Source of the DNA: Shigella phage SSP1
Length of the DNA: 64,000 nucleotides
Sequence record: KY963424
Direction: 5' to 3' (one strand)
Shown here in pieces: positions 40,401 through 49,212 of this stretch. Under the pieces are notes generated by a model. The model was not told the origin of the DNA. It ran no database searches and saw nothing but the letters and a program-made list of their open reading frames with translations. Every line of letters begins with the position of its first letter. Position 1 is the first letter of the stretch. A program made the translations under genes and the position numbers.

Positions 40401-41168
40401 TTATTCAGCAGCCGCAGCTTTTGCATCCAGTTTAGCACGCTTAGCGGCACCATCATAGTCCTTAGCAACCAGACCACGACGAGACAGCATAGATTTAACA
40501 CCACGCTCAGACTTACCAGTTTTCTCAGCGATCTCAGCAACAGTCATGTTAACCAGATCCAGACCTTCTAACAGATCTTCACGAGTTTTAGCACTTGAAG
40601 TTTCCTGTACCGGCATAGCAGCGATACGACCTTCACGAAGCAGGCTCAGAGCTTTACCACGGATCTGCTTAATATTGCGGCCGAAGTGAGCAGCGATAGC
40701 TTCAATAGTAGCACCAGCAACAACCTGATTAACAAAATCAGTTTCTTCATCCGGAGTGAAGGAACGAACAGCAGCAGCTTTTTCAGTTGGCTTAACAGAA
40801 GCGGTCATTTCCAGGCTCAGAATCTTACCCTGTACCTGCTTAGCACCGAACTGACCACCAGCTACAGCAGCAGCGATTTCAGCATAGGTATACTGACCAG
40901 CATGAGCGTTCAGGAAATCAACCAGTTCAGCTTCCTGCTCAGGAGTCCACGGGGATTTCTGTACTTCGTTAGCTTTCTGTACTTCAAAACCTTCTTTACG
41001 CAGTTTAGAGCCAACAGAGCGAGCAGTAACGTCTTTGCCAGTTTCAGCAGCCAGTTCAGTAGCGATAGCAGCTACTTGTTCTTGAGAGATTACAGCAACA
41101 CCCAGAGCAGTGGCTTTTGCTTTCAGAGACTCGGTTACACCTTCTACGTTCCAGTTCAGTTTAGACAT
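40401..41168 (-). CDS. DNA-binding protein with four tandem HTH-like repeats (T5 D5-like position, putative)
   Basis: 255 aa; four repeats resembling sigma70 region-4-type HTH (e.g. TIEAIAAHFGRNIKQIRGKALSLLREG; MTVAEIAEKTGKSERGVKSMLSRRGL); host-optimised codon usage. Confidence 0.45.
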   Translation of the reverse strand: MSKLNWNVEGVTESLKAKATALGVAVISQEQVAAIATELAAETGKDVTARSVGSKLRKEGFEVQKANEVQKSPWTPEQEAELVDFLNAHAGQYTYAEIAAAVAGGQFGAKQVQGKILSLEMTASVKPTEKAAAVRSFTPDEETDFVNQVVAGATIEAIAAHFGRNIKQIRGKALSLLREGRIAAMPVQETSSAKTREDLLEGLDLVNMTVAEIAEKTGKSERGVKSMLSRRGLVAKDYDGAAKRAKLDAKAAAAE

Positions 41169-41940
41169 TATTATTTTTCTCCAATAGTTCTTTAATCGAC
41201 AGGATTTCTATCCCATTCGTTTCGGCTTTCTTATAAGATGAGGAAGAACGTTTTGATTCATCCTCACAGATTAGGTATTTGACGTCTTTAGTAACGGATT
41301 TCTTAACCGTATACCCTAGACTTTCTAAATAGTTTGTTGCATCCGTTCTATTTGCAAAATCTTGCAAAGATCCGGTAATACATACCGCGATTCCGTTTGG
41401 CTGGGCAACTAATTCATCTGTAATTATGATATTAGCTTTTGCACCTCTGATACCAGTTGAGAATTTCCACGGTAGTTCGATAACATCCTTGCCTTGTGGG
41501 GAATTTAGCCAGGCTCTATAGTTTTCTCCAGCCTTGCCGTCAGCCTTCACATCGTGGAAGCTAGTGCAATTTTGGGATAATTTCTTTGCTGCAACCTCTC
41601 CAATTAGAGGGATTCCTAAAGAACCGAGAACTGAATCAAAGTCAATGTCTCCGCGAACTTTAGTATTTAATTCGCTAATTAACTTAGCGGCAACCTTGCT
41701 ACCCACGGCTCTAACCAAATCTTCTTCGGTTAGGTAAAACAGTTCTGAAATCTTCGTCAGCTCCAGCTTCTCAATAGTTTTTGGGCCAAAGCCCTTTAAC
41801 TTCATTTTTGTACAGAAGTTCTCAATTAACTTACTTGATTGCGCTGGACAGTTGGACTTATTCCGACAGAATAATTGTCCGTTGACAAGATCTAGCTTAG
41901 AACCACAAGAGGGACATTGTGTTGGAATTTCGATTTTCAT
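41161..41940 (-). CDS. lig: NAD-dependent DNA ligase, C-terminal part (Zn finger, HhH, BRCT) - separate ORF
   Basis: About 259 aa from ATG 41938-41940 (AAGGAAG SD); C4 zinc finger CPSCGSKLDLVNGQLFCRNKSNCPAQ, HhH region, BRCT-like C-terminus. Confidence 0.75.
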   Translation of the reverse strand: MKIEIPTQCPSCGSKLDLVNGQLFCRNKSNCPAQSSKLIENFCTKMKLKGFGPKTIEKLELTKISELFYLTEEDLVRAVGSKVAAKLISELNTKVRGDIDFDSVLGSLGIPLIGEVAAKKLSQNCTSFHDVKADGKAGENYRAWLNSPQGKDVIELPWKFSTGIRGAKANIIITDELVAQPNGIAVCITGSLQDFANRTDATNYLESLGYTVKKSVTKDVKYLICEDESKRSSSSYKKAETNGIEILSIKELLEKNNNV

Positions 41941-41970
41941 CAAATTTCTTCCTTATCAATTTATATAAAT

Positions 41971-41999
41971 ATTATAGCAAGTATTTAAGCATTTAGCAA
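41971..41999 (-). promoter_or_regulatory. sigma70 early promoter inside the gap between the two ligase ORFs
   Basis: - strand: TTGCTA - 17 bp - TATAAT with AT-rich upstream. Confidence 0.6.
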
Positions 42000-42142
42000 C
42001 TACAATTTTAACTAACTTTGCTTACCCTCGCCATAACTTTCTATCCCTCAACTGAATGATAATAGTATATACCTAAGCGGCGAAAATGTCAATAACCACT
42101 TTATAATTCCGATATGGTAGATGGGTAGCAAAGGGTTATGTA

Positions 42143-43114
42143 TTAATCGTATACTCGCTCTACTATGCACGGGATTACACCACCAGCACGAATTACTCGA
42201 ATCTGGCAACCGATCTCTAGATCAAGAGAGTTAATATAATCAACGTTATTAAGAGTCGCTTTAACAATTGTAGCATCATCAATAATTACCGGTTCGAAAT
42301 AACCAACTGGAGTTACTTTACCAGAAGCCCCTACCTGCCACTCAACTTTAGTAAGAGTTGTAATCTCGCCTTCTTCATCCTCTTTAATAGCGAATGCTCC
42401 ACGAGGGAATTTATTAGTCCAGCCTTCTCGGAAGAATTTGTTGTTGTCATTAATACGAACAACTTTACCGTCCGTCGGAATCCATTTAAAGAAGGAACGC
42501 ACATTAACAACTGTTAAGAAATCTTCATTCTCTAGCCAGAGCATATCTTTTAAATATGATTCTGTAATACCTACAGATTCAGCAGAACACTGGATACCAT
42601 ATGCAACGAAGATTAAACCACCTTCCCCGATACGTTGTACGAAATCATCGCTATCTTTGAGGTTAATAGCGCCAGAGGCAAAGTTACGTTTATTTTCTAC
42701 TTCTTTTGTAATTAGAACTTCACCAGTGATTTGAGTAGGTACTTTTTGGGAAATCTTTTGAGGGATATTTAGCAATCTTACGTTGCTTGTGACATCATTC
42801 CCTAGAATACCATTACCACGAGTTAGTGCTTGAACAAAATCTCCATTAATATATAACAGAGAAATCGCACAACCATCTAACTTATCAGTTTCTACCTGAC
42901 CTAATGGATTAAATGGAGGTTTATCTCCACGATTATAATAAACTTTCTGTAAAGAATACATACGATACAGATGTGGAATATCACCTTTAGGCCCGATCTC
43001 TTCTTCTAACGGAAATCTTTTAATCAGACGATCATATTCTTCGTCAGAGATTAAAGACATTCCCTGGTAATATGCTTCTTGACAACGTTTAATAAAGTCT
43101 TTTACATTAGTCAT
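42143..43114 (-). CDS. lig: NAD-dependent DNA ligase, N-terminal part (adenylation + OB domains) - separate ORF
   Basis: 323 aa; adenylation KxDG motif (KLDGCAISLLY) and following nucleotidyltransferase/OB-fold region typical of LigA; ends at a stop codon 199 bp upstream of the C-terminal ORF. Confidence 0.75.
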   Translation of the reverse strand: MTNVKDFIKRCQEAYYQGMSLISDEEYDRLIKRFPLEEEIGPKGDIPHLYRMYSLQKVYYNRGDKPPFNPLGQVETDKLDGCAISLLYINGDFVQALTRGNGILGNDVTSNVRLLNIPQKISQKVPTQITGEVLITKEVENKRNFASGAINLKDSDDFVQRIGEGGLIFVAYGIQCSAESVGITESYLKDMLWLENEDFLTVVNVRSFFKWIPTDGKVVRINDNNKFFREGWTNKFPRGAFAIKEDEEGEITTLTKVEWQVGASGKVTPVGYFEPVIIDDATIVKATLNNVDYINSLDLEIGCQIRVIRAGGVIPCIVERVYD

Positions 43115-43295
43115 TCATTTCTACCTGTAGTTCTTTATTATACTGAGTAGTGAGATCGGCTAACTCTTGCGCTTCTTTCAACCACGCATCTTTGTACGCT
43201 TTATCGTTGATTCCACCAAAGTTATCTAGATAGTTATTTCTAGCAGTTGATACTAGGTTTAACTTTGCTTGAATTTTTGGAAGTGTTATGTTCAT
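43107..43295 (-). CDS. Hypothetical small protein
   Basis: About 62 aa from ATG 43293-43295 (GAGAGGA SD); overlaps ligase start by 8 nt. Confidence 0.35.
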   Translation of the reverse strand: MNITLPKIQAKLNLVSTARNNYLDNFGGINDKAYKDAWLKEAQELADLTTQYNKELQVEMND

Positions 43296-43324
43296 AATTG
43301 ATCCTCTCATCAATTTATATAAAT

Positions 43325-43353
43325 ATTATATAACAAAACTGAGTTGAAAGCAA
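43325..43353 (-). promoter_or_regulatory. sigma70 early promoter
   Basis: - strand: TTGCTT - 17 bp - TATAAT; ATTTGCTTTCA -35 context; followed by GAGAGGA SD. Confidence 0.65.
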
Positions 43354-43360
43354 ATACATT

Positions 43361-43397
43361 TATAAAGAAAAAGCCAAGAACTAGGCATTCTTGGCTT
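43361..43397 (-). terminator. Rho-independent terminator after PC4-like gene
   Basis: - strand: 10-bp stem AAGCCAAGAA/TTCTTGGCTT, 7-nt loop, followed by TTTCTTTATA. Confidence 0.6.
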
Positions 43398-43689
43398 TTA
43401 GTTCTTCAGCTCGTTTCTGTACTTCATGTAAAACCTCAGATTCGCTAAGAATCTGTGTAAACGCATAGAAAAGCTGTGATGTTGTTTCTAGGGTGTAAGG
43501 AAAAGAGAAGCCAGATTTCGTTGGAAACCATTCATCATTAATATCAAGAAGCCAGTAACGAATACCCATGTATAGATTCCCACGAAATTCAGATACTGTT
43601 AATCTTACTTGTTCTCCCTCCTTCTCCCAAAGTATGATGGACTGGTCATCAACGTGTCCTTCATAGTTTTGATTTACCTGTTCGCTCAT
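43381..43689 (-). CDS. PC4-like ssDNA-binding protein (putative)
   Basis: 102 aa; pattern IILWEKEGEQVRLTVSEFRGNLYMGIRYW matches the PC4/YdbC-type fold signature; a PC4-like protein is known in T5. Confidence 0.5.
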   Translation of the reverse strand: MSEQVNQNYEGHVDDQSIILWEKEGEQVRLTVSEFRGNLYMGIRYWLLDINDEWFPTKSGFSFPYTLETTSQLFYAFTQILSESEVLHEVQKRAEELKAKNA

Positions 43690-43705
43690 TTACATATCCC
43701 AAATA

Positions 43706-43729
43706 CACAAAAAGCCCCATATAGGGGCT
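43706..43729 (-). terminator. Hairpin/terminator after hypothetical gene 43740-44036
   Basis: - strand: 6-bp GC stem (AGCCCC/GGGGCT) with 5-nt loop followed by TTTTGTG. Confidence 0.4.
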
Positions 43730-43739
43730 AATTGGTTTC

Positions 43740-44036
43740 TTATCGGCCTACTGGAGAAGCACGATCTAACTCTGATTGGAGGCTAGTCACACGACGGACT
43801 TTCTCGACAGGAATAAAACGGAAGCTATCATTAGTACGAGAGAAGACAAGGATCTCATCATCTTTCGCTTTACGAATACGTTCACGTTTAATACGCTCAG
43901 CCAGATATTTATCTTGGGCTGGATCAAATTCCATCGTACCCTGAAGGTACGTGGTTCCTTTCTGACGAAGTTTCTCGTAATGAAGATAAAACTCACCAAA
44001 TTTTTCACATTGTGCGATAATTTCAGCTTTGGTCAT
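43740..44036 (-). CDS. Hypothetical protein
   Basis: 98-aa ORF with AAGGAAT SD. Confidence 0.45.
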   Translation of the reverse strand: MTKAEIIAQCEKFGEFYLHYEKLRQKGTTYLQGTMEFDPAQDKYLAERIKRERIRKAKDDEILVFSRTNDSFRFIPVEKVRRVTSLQSELDRASPVGR

Positions 44037-44072
44037 AACTGTATTCCTTTTGTTGGTGGATTTATCTAAAAA

Positions 44073-44483
44073 TTACTTAGTGATAGCTCGGATTGCTTCT
44101 GCCAGATGAGCAGCTGCTTTACCGGTCAGTTTGTCGATAATTGCATCATCCAGAAAATCTGGTGCTAGGCCAGCATCAGAGAATGCTGAACGAAGATCGG
44201 CATGAGCTTGGGCTTTGGAAGTACGAGAACCACCAGAGGCTTTTTCTCCAGTAGATGCGCTAGATTTAGAAGCAGAGCCAGCAGCTTTCTTGATATACAA
44301 ACCTGCTTTAGTCAGCTTCATACGAAAACCGTTCGGAGTTACACCATTTTCCTGGGCAATTTCGCTAACAATTTCCATGCTAACACCGGGACGTTCATCC
44401 TCTGGGAATTGCTCCATACGAGCAACGTATTCGGAAGACATTTTTTCGAACAGTTCATCAGTCCACTGAGTTGGAGTAGTCAT
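44073..44483 (-). CDS. Putative DNA-binding protein (HTH-like repeats), highly expressed
   Basis: 136 aa; two HTH-like segments similar to the repeats in the 40401-41168 protein; host-optimised codon usage; AAGGAAAT SD. Confidence 0.4.
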   Translation of the reverse strand: MTTPTQWTDELFEKMSSEYVARMEQFPEDERPGVSMEIVSEIAQENGVTPNGFRMKLTKAGLYIKKAAGSASKSSASTGEKASGGSRTSKAQAHADLRSAFSDAGLAPDFLDDAIIDKLTGKAAAHLAEAIRAITK

Positions 44484-44540
44484 ATTTTATATTTCCTTAA
44501 TTAAGAATTAAACAGAATAGTTCTTTCAAACTATGAGAAT

Positions 44541-44569
44541 ATTATATCAAGAATTATAGAATTAAGCAA
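44541..44569 (-). promoter_or_regulatory. sigma70 early promoter
   Basis: - strand: TTGCTT - 17 bp - TATAAT with AT-rich upstream (AAAATTTCAG). Confidence 0.6.
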
Positions 44570-44589
44570 CTGAAATTTTTCGGTAATTG

Positions 44590-44844
44590 CTACACATCTA
44601 GTTCAACAATCTCCCAATCATCAGCCAGAGCCTCGTCTAGGGTAAGGTTTACTTGACGGATAAGCGGGGATTCCATACCGTTCTCCCACACATGTTCAGT
44701 CACTGTACCCTGCTCTACGTTAAATTCTAAAACCACTGTAAAGTGTTTATTGTTTTCCCAGCAATCTCGCTGGAGATATTTTACGTCCCCAGCTTTCAGC
44801 AAATCTGTTAGCTTACTCACGGCGTTTTCCTTTTTCTTTATCAA
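44590..44844 (-). CDS. Hypothetical protein
   Basis: 84-aa ORF. Confidence 0.35.
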   Translation of the reverse strand: MIKKKENAVSKLTDLLKAGDVKYLQRDCWENNKHFTVVLEFNVEQGTVTEHVWENGMESPLIRQVNLTLDEALADDWEIVELDV

Positions 44845-45517
44845 GTTTCAGGGCAGCCTTAACAGCTTCGTTAATCAACGTAATAATTTCTTCACGAGTC
44901 CATTTATATCCCAGAGATTTTACGTCAACCCCTAGCTTTTCCAGGTGTTTAACAGAAGCCAGCTCGTAATTCATATAATGGACGTTCTGTTGTTTGCCTT
45001 CTGATAGAAGCCATACACGGTAGCAACCAACAGGATTATCCATTGCTTTTTTGATTTCACCGATACACTGGTATCCAGGAACCCAAACAAGCTCACCAAC
45101 TGCAAATTCTTCTGCTACAGCATCATCAGGAATAATTGGAGGATTCAATGGATCTACAATATCGTTCAAACGAAGTAAAGCACCATAGCGTTCCAAAACT
45201 GATTTGACCATTGCTACAGAGCGATAATTACGATCAGCAATTTCTTCAAAAGAATCACCAGATAAATACTGCTCAATAACGTTAGCTAACTCAATGCCTT
45301 CAATGAGTGTGCCACGTTTCTTTTTCTTCATTTCGGCAACTTGGATCTGGCGGTCTTGCCATTCTTCAATCATCCTTTCCATAGTTGGATTGGATGATAC
45401 GCCGAGCATTTCACATGCTGCTTTCTTAGTACCACCGTTCTCCAGATGCTCTATAACTTTTTTAAAGACTTCATCCGGGATTTCATGGATATGTTTCTTT
45501 CTACGAGAACCAGCCAT
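44813..45517 (-). CDS. Putative HTH DNA-binding/regulatory protein
   Basis: 234 aa; N-terminal HTH-like segment (GGTKKAACEMLGVSSNPTMERMIEEW); GAGAGGAG SD. Confidence 0.4.
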   Translation of the reverse strand: MAGSRRKKHIHEIPDEVFKKVIEHLENGGTKKAACEMLGVSSNPTMERMIEEWQDRQIQVAEMKKKKRGTLIEGIELANVIEQYLSGDSFEEIADRNYRSVAMVKSVLERYGALLRLNDIVDPLNPPIIPDDAVAEEFAVGELVWVPGYQCIGEIKKAMDNPVGCYRVWLLSEGKQQNVHYMNYELASVKHLEKLGVDVKSLGYKWTREEIITLINEAVKAALKLDKEKGKRRE

Positions 45518-45548
45518 ATTTAAACTCCTCTCTCAAATTTATGAATCT

Positions 45549-45577
45549 ATTATACAGAAAAATTTTCCTGAAAGCAA
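45549..45577 (-). promoter_or_regulatory. Strong sigma70 early promoter (closely resembles classical T5 promoters)
   Basis: - strand reads AAAAATTTATTTGCTTTCAGGAAAATTTTTCTGTATAATAGATTCATAAATTTGAGAGAGGAG: TTGCTT - 17 bp - TATAAT, A/T-rich UP element, strong SD. Confidence 0.75.
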
Positions 45578-45585
45578 ATAAATTT

Positions 45586-45828
45586 TTACGATTCCTTGAG
45601 CAAAGAAGCAAGTTCAGCATAGACTTTATCTAACTCAAAGCCGATGCGAAGAGACACGTTTGTTTTCCGTTGTTTAAGTAACCACTCGGATATGTTAGGG
45701 ATGCCAGCTAATCTATGCGGTACCACCCTACATAGCTTTTCCGAAGTGTCGTAAACAGGAACTTTACGTTCTTTTACTGGGAACTTCCTTGTTTCCCATT
45801 TTTTATTCTTCACTGTCATTTCTAGCAC
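45586..45828 (-). CDS. Hypothetical protein
   Basis: 80-aa ORF overlapping the 3' end of the large helicase gene. Confidence 0.35.
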   Translation of the reverse strand: MLEMTVKNKKWETRKFPVKERKVPVYDTSEKLCRVVPHRLAGIPNISEWLLKQRKTNVSLRIGFELDKVYAELASLLKES

Positions 45829-48592
45829 CTAGCTCTGCCATTGCTTCATCATGCATATGTTTCTCCTCGTCAGTCATAAACTTATATGGGATTGGCATAC
45901 ACTCGATTTTACAATAAGTTCTGTACCAGTCTACAATATTCTCCGTATTCATATCCTTACCAATACCCATCATACCAAGATACATTCTCGCATATTTTGG
46001 GTTAGCACTCTGACCTGTTTTAAGGAAGAAATCTTTCTTTTTACCTTTCAGAGCTTCTATGAATGGTTTGATAGTGACATTTGAACACTTCTTAATATCT
46101 TCCCAGAACATCTCGTGCATTTTATGGAAAAATGCCGCTCGATCATTCGGTTTATCCTTGATATATTGTTCAACATGCTCAACTGTTACATCTTTAATAG
46201 ACTCAAGATGATAGTAGCGAACAAGAAGTAGTTTAGCTTCATACGCATCTGCATGGCGTGGAGCACAATAATCAGGAGTTGAATACAAAATAGCTTTGAT
46301 TCGCTCTTCCGTATATTCCTTCCCAGCACCTTCGATAGTTCCCCAGCTTTCACTGAAAATATCAATAGTTGCACCCTGATCAAGCAAGTAATAACGTAAA
46401 GTACTAGTATAGTTCCTAGATTCCAGCTCCCTACGACGTGCGTATAATTGCTGTGCTAACTCCAGCCAACCTTCATCAATGTTATATTGCTCAGAACCTG
46501 CGGAGAATCCACTCGTAGATTTATCAATAAAATAATAAATGTTCTGAGCGCCACGGTCGCGCCTGATTGCTTGAAAACGCATGTTTGGCGCTTGGTTGCT
46601 GGTTCTAGTAATAACGAATACGTTATCAAAATAGTTGAAGTCAACACCACTAGTTACTGATGGACTACATAATAAGCAATCAATTTGTTGGTCAATTAGC
46701 TCATTAGTTGTGTAATCCAGAATACGTCTAATATCTACATCAGACGTAGAGTTTGAGTGGATTTCCTTAACTAACGCACCCGTATTACGACGCAACGCCA
46801 TGCCCTTCTCATTCAGTTCATCTGGACCACAGTCAGATACTAGGATAGATTTCTCACCCATCTCTAGAGAAGTCTGAAGTGCAACCCAAATACTGGATTC
46901 ATCAGGGAACTCATAAGCATGAGCTTTTGACAGCATTTTACGGTGGTGATTATAAAATGCAACCGGTTTATCAAAATCAATTAGAGAACCGTAGGCTTCA
47001 ATAGTCTCAGCACTAATATCACCATCGGATAAGATTACAGTTTTAGCTGTCATGAGGATGTCACGTAGAACTTGAATACACTCGCGACGTTGTTTAACAA
47101 CTGGGGCGAATAATAGATCATTCATTACAGCGTCACATTCATCAATAAAGATGGTGTCTATTTGACCAATAAAACTTTTGAACTTATGCAAAGAGTGAAT
47201 AGTTGTGGACATACGATCAATAGCTCCACGTTTAAAGTTGAGCATATCTACAGACTTATCATATTGTCCTGCGCTAAATTTCTTAGCGTTTGAAGATACC
47301 AGCGCTCTAGTATTTGTAACTGCTAAAAAGTTGCCAGGAAGAACCCCTGCGTCCAGCCATTTAGTTACTGCCGTAGTTTTACCAGTACCAAGACTTGCCT
47401 TAACAAATGTTATATGGCCCTTTGGGGGCACAATGTTAATCTTCAGGTATGGAACTTCTGGTGGAGAATCCACTTCTAATTTCTTGAGTGGAACACCCTT
47501 CAGATTTAATGGAATCTCACGTTTAGAATTATTAACAAACGCTTTGAGAGCCTGCTTACGACCGTTATTAAAGTAATCTTGAATATTACGACTGTTATCT
47601 TTAGTTGCAATATATTCAGATAAAGCGGGTTTAATCTCACGTTCTAGCCATGCGAAATCAACACCATCCTCTAATGCTCTATGGTATAGTTTGGGGATAA
47701 TACGCAAGTACACCCCATCATCAGCTTCTTCCAATTCGCTGATGGTTTCTTCTACTTTATCAGAAGCAATCTTTTTGCCTTTAATTTGATCAAGTAAAGA
47801 ATAAAACTCTTCCTTAAACTCCCCTCTAGTTGTTTCATAGTCAACCAGATTATTAGGCAAATTTACCTTCGAACCTTTAACATACACCAGACGTGGCTTA
47901 CTCTCCGCTTTAAACGGATCAACAATACCATCGCTAAATAAAGGGTCGGCAAAATAGTGAAGCTGGACAGATGAATAATAAGCTAAGTCGGCAATATCAA
48001 AACCGAATTTTTGCTTACTACTATCATTGATAGACGTAAATAGGAACTTTAACTGACCTTGAGTTACCTTGACGTTAGATTCTAGCATTAAGTGCATTCG
48101 GATACCTGGTTTTAGGCCAGCCGAAGACGATGCATGAGCAATAAACCCTGCATCAAGAGGAAACATGTCCTCACTAATACTATTCAACATCTTAATAATG
48201 TGGCGGGCCATACCTACAAGATTAAACTTGTCGTACCCACCGGTATCTATGATACCATCCACGTCCATAGCAATAATATTGCTAGGGTTGGATACATTAA
48301 AGTTACCTTTCTTACGTCGCACATTATTTTTAGGTGCAAGACATCGACCTCGTACCGCAACGATATGAGGGTCAGACGTTAAACGTCTCATAAGTGGTAA
48401 CATTTCGGCAAGGCTTTGCGGGTCATGCTCTTCTATTACATCAAATTTGAAGGGCATAGAAGCTGGTTTACCTTCTGGATGCTCTTTCGAGAATCGTTTG
48501 GCAAAGGTATAATCTTCCGCTTTGATTTCTCGCCAAATACCTGTTGCTAAATCACGAGAAAATCCGGCGTGACCTTGGAGGATAGAAAACAC
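45803..48592 (-). CDS. Large replication protein: N-terminal primase-polymerase-like region fused to an SF2 helicase-type ATPase (origin-binding-protein-like)
   Basis: 929 aa; GTG start 48590-48592 after CAGGAG SD; acidic MDVDGIIDTGG segment; Walker A ASLGTGKTT, Walker B IFIDECD, further helicase motifs (SDGD, TSGVD, QAIRRDRG). Confidence 0.55.
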   Translation of the reverse strand: MFSILQGHAGFSRDLATGIWREIKAEDYTFAKRFSKEHPEGKPASMPFKFDVIEEHDPQSLAEMLPLMRRLTSDPHIVAVRGRCLAPKNNVRRKKGNFNVSNPSNIIAMDVDGIIDTGGYDKFNLVGMARHIIKMLNSISEDMFPLDAGFIAHASSSAGLKPGIRMHLMLESNVKVTQGQLKFLFTSINDSSKQKFGFDIADLAYYSSVQLHYFADPLFSDGIVDPFKAESKPRLVYVKGSKVNLPNNLVDYETTRGEFKEEFYSLLDQIKGKKIASDKVEETISELEEADDGVYLRIIPKLYHRALEDGVDFAWLEREIKPALSEYIATKDNSRNIQDYFNNGRKQALKAFVNNSKREIPLNLKGVPLKKLEVDSPPEVPYLKINIVPPKGHITFVKASLGTGKTTAVTKWLDAGVLPGNFLAVTNTRALVSSNAKKFSAGQYDKSVDMLNFKRGAIDRMSTTIHSLHKFKSFIGQIDTIFIDECDAVMNDLLFAPVVKQRRECIQVLRDILMTAKTVILSDGDISAETIEAYGSLIDFDKPVAFYNHHRKMLSKAHAYEFPDESSIWVALQTSLEMGEKSILVSDCGPDELNEKGMALRRNTGALVKEIHSNSTSDVDIRRILDYTTNELIDQQIDCLLCSPSVTSGVDFNYFDNVFVITRTSNQAPNMRFQAIRRDRGAQNIYYFIDKSTSGFSAGSEQYNIDEGWLELAQQLYARRRELESRNYTSTLRYYLLDQGATIDIFSESWGTIEGAGKEYTEERIKAILYSTPDYCAPRHADAYEAKLLLVRYYHLESIKDVTVEHVEQYIKDKPNDRAAFFHKMHEMFWEDIKKCSNVTIKPFIEALKGKKKDFFLKTGQSANPKYARMYLGMMGIGKDMNTENIVDWYRTYCKIECMPIPYKFMTDEEKHMHDEAMAELGARNDSEE

Positions 48593-49089
48593 AACAATAC
48601 TCCTGTATTGATTAATCGAAATCTTTTCTTTAGGACTATTCAGAAAGAATAGAACAACTATTACTACTATTTACGTAAACATCAATTATCATCAAACAAT
48701 ATGAATAAGTTATCATATCTCAGTGCTGTGCTCTCTTCGCTCATATACAGAATAGAACCTAGGTCATTGGCCGCTAAGCCGATTCTATTTGTCCTCACTA
48801 TCCTATTGGTAGGTGACTACTGTACGTGCCGCCATTCGCTGCTCTTTTCGTTCGCACCCCCATATAAAGCTCTGCCTATATAACGAGCTAAATATGCACG
48901 GTTTGGATTTACCTTTCCGAATTCAGGGTACACAGATCACTTAATTGAAGATTAACTAATGCAATATAAACACTAGTAATAGTTAAAACAACCCTTAATG
49001 GGGCAGCCTAACTGTTCCGTATCGCGGATTGTAAACAAGAAAAATTAGCAAAATCAATTTTTACTAATGTCTCTCAATTCAATATAAAT

Positions 49090-49118
49090 ATTATATCAAG
49101 ATTTTGGGCATCCTGCAA
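49090..49118 (-). promoter_or_regulatory. sigma70 promoter about 500 nt upstream of the large replication protein gene
   Basis: - strand: TTGCAG - 17 bp - TATAAT followed by ATTTATATTGAATTGAGAGA, like other early promoter leaders. Confidence 0.5.
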
Positions 49119-49212
49119 GTAAAATTTTCCGGATGGTGCTATCATTGGTCTTGAGTACGGGTAAAACCGAGCCAAAATGACTCGGTAATCAGAGTTCAGC
49201 CAATAAAAATCA

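Noticed and set aside
40686-41195. 169-aa plus-strand ORF inside the 4xHTH gene
   Set aside because: Ser/Phe-rich antisense translation of a codon-optimised minus-strand gene; no expression signals.
41941-42142. Group I intron or intein splitting the ligase gene
   Set aside because: The gap is only 199 bp, AT-rich, lacks conserved intron core elements, and contains a canonical promoter plus SD for the downstream half; both halves end and start with normal stop/start codons.
49158-49186. Hairpin ACCGAG-N9-CTCGGT downstream of gene 49213-49602 as a terminator
   Set aside because: Stem is only 6 bp and the U-tract on the minus strand is short (TTTTAC); it also lies upstream of the 49090 promoter, so at most a weak attenuator.
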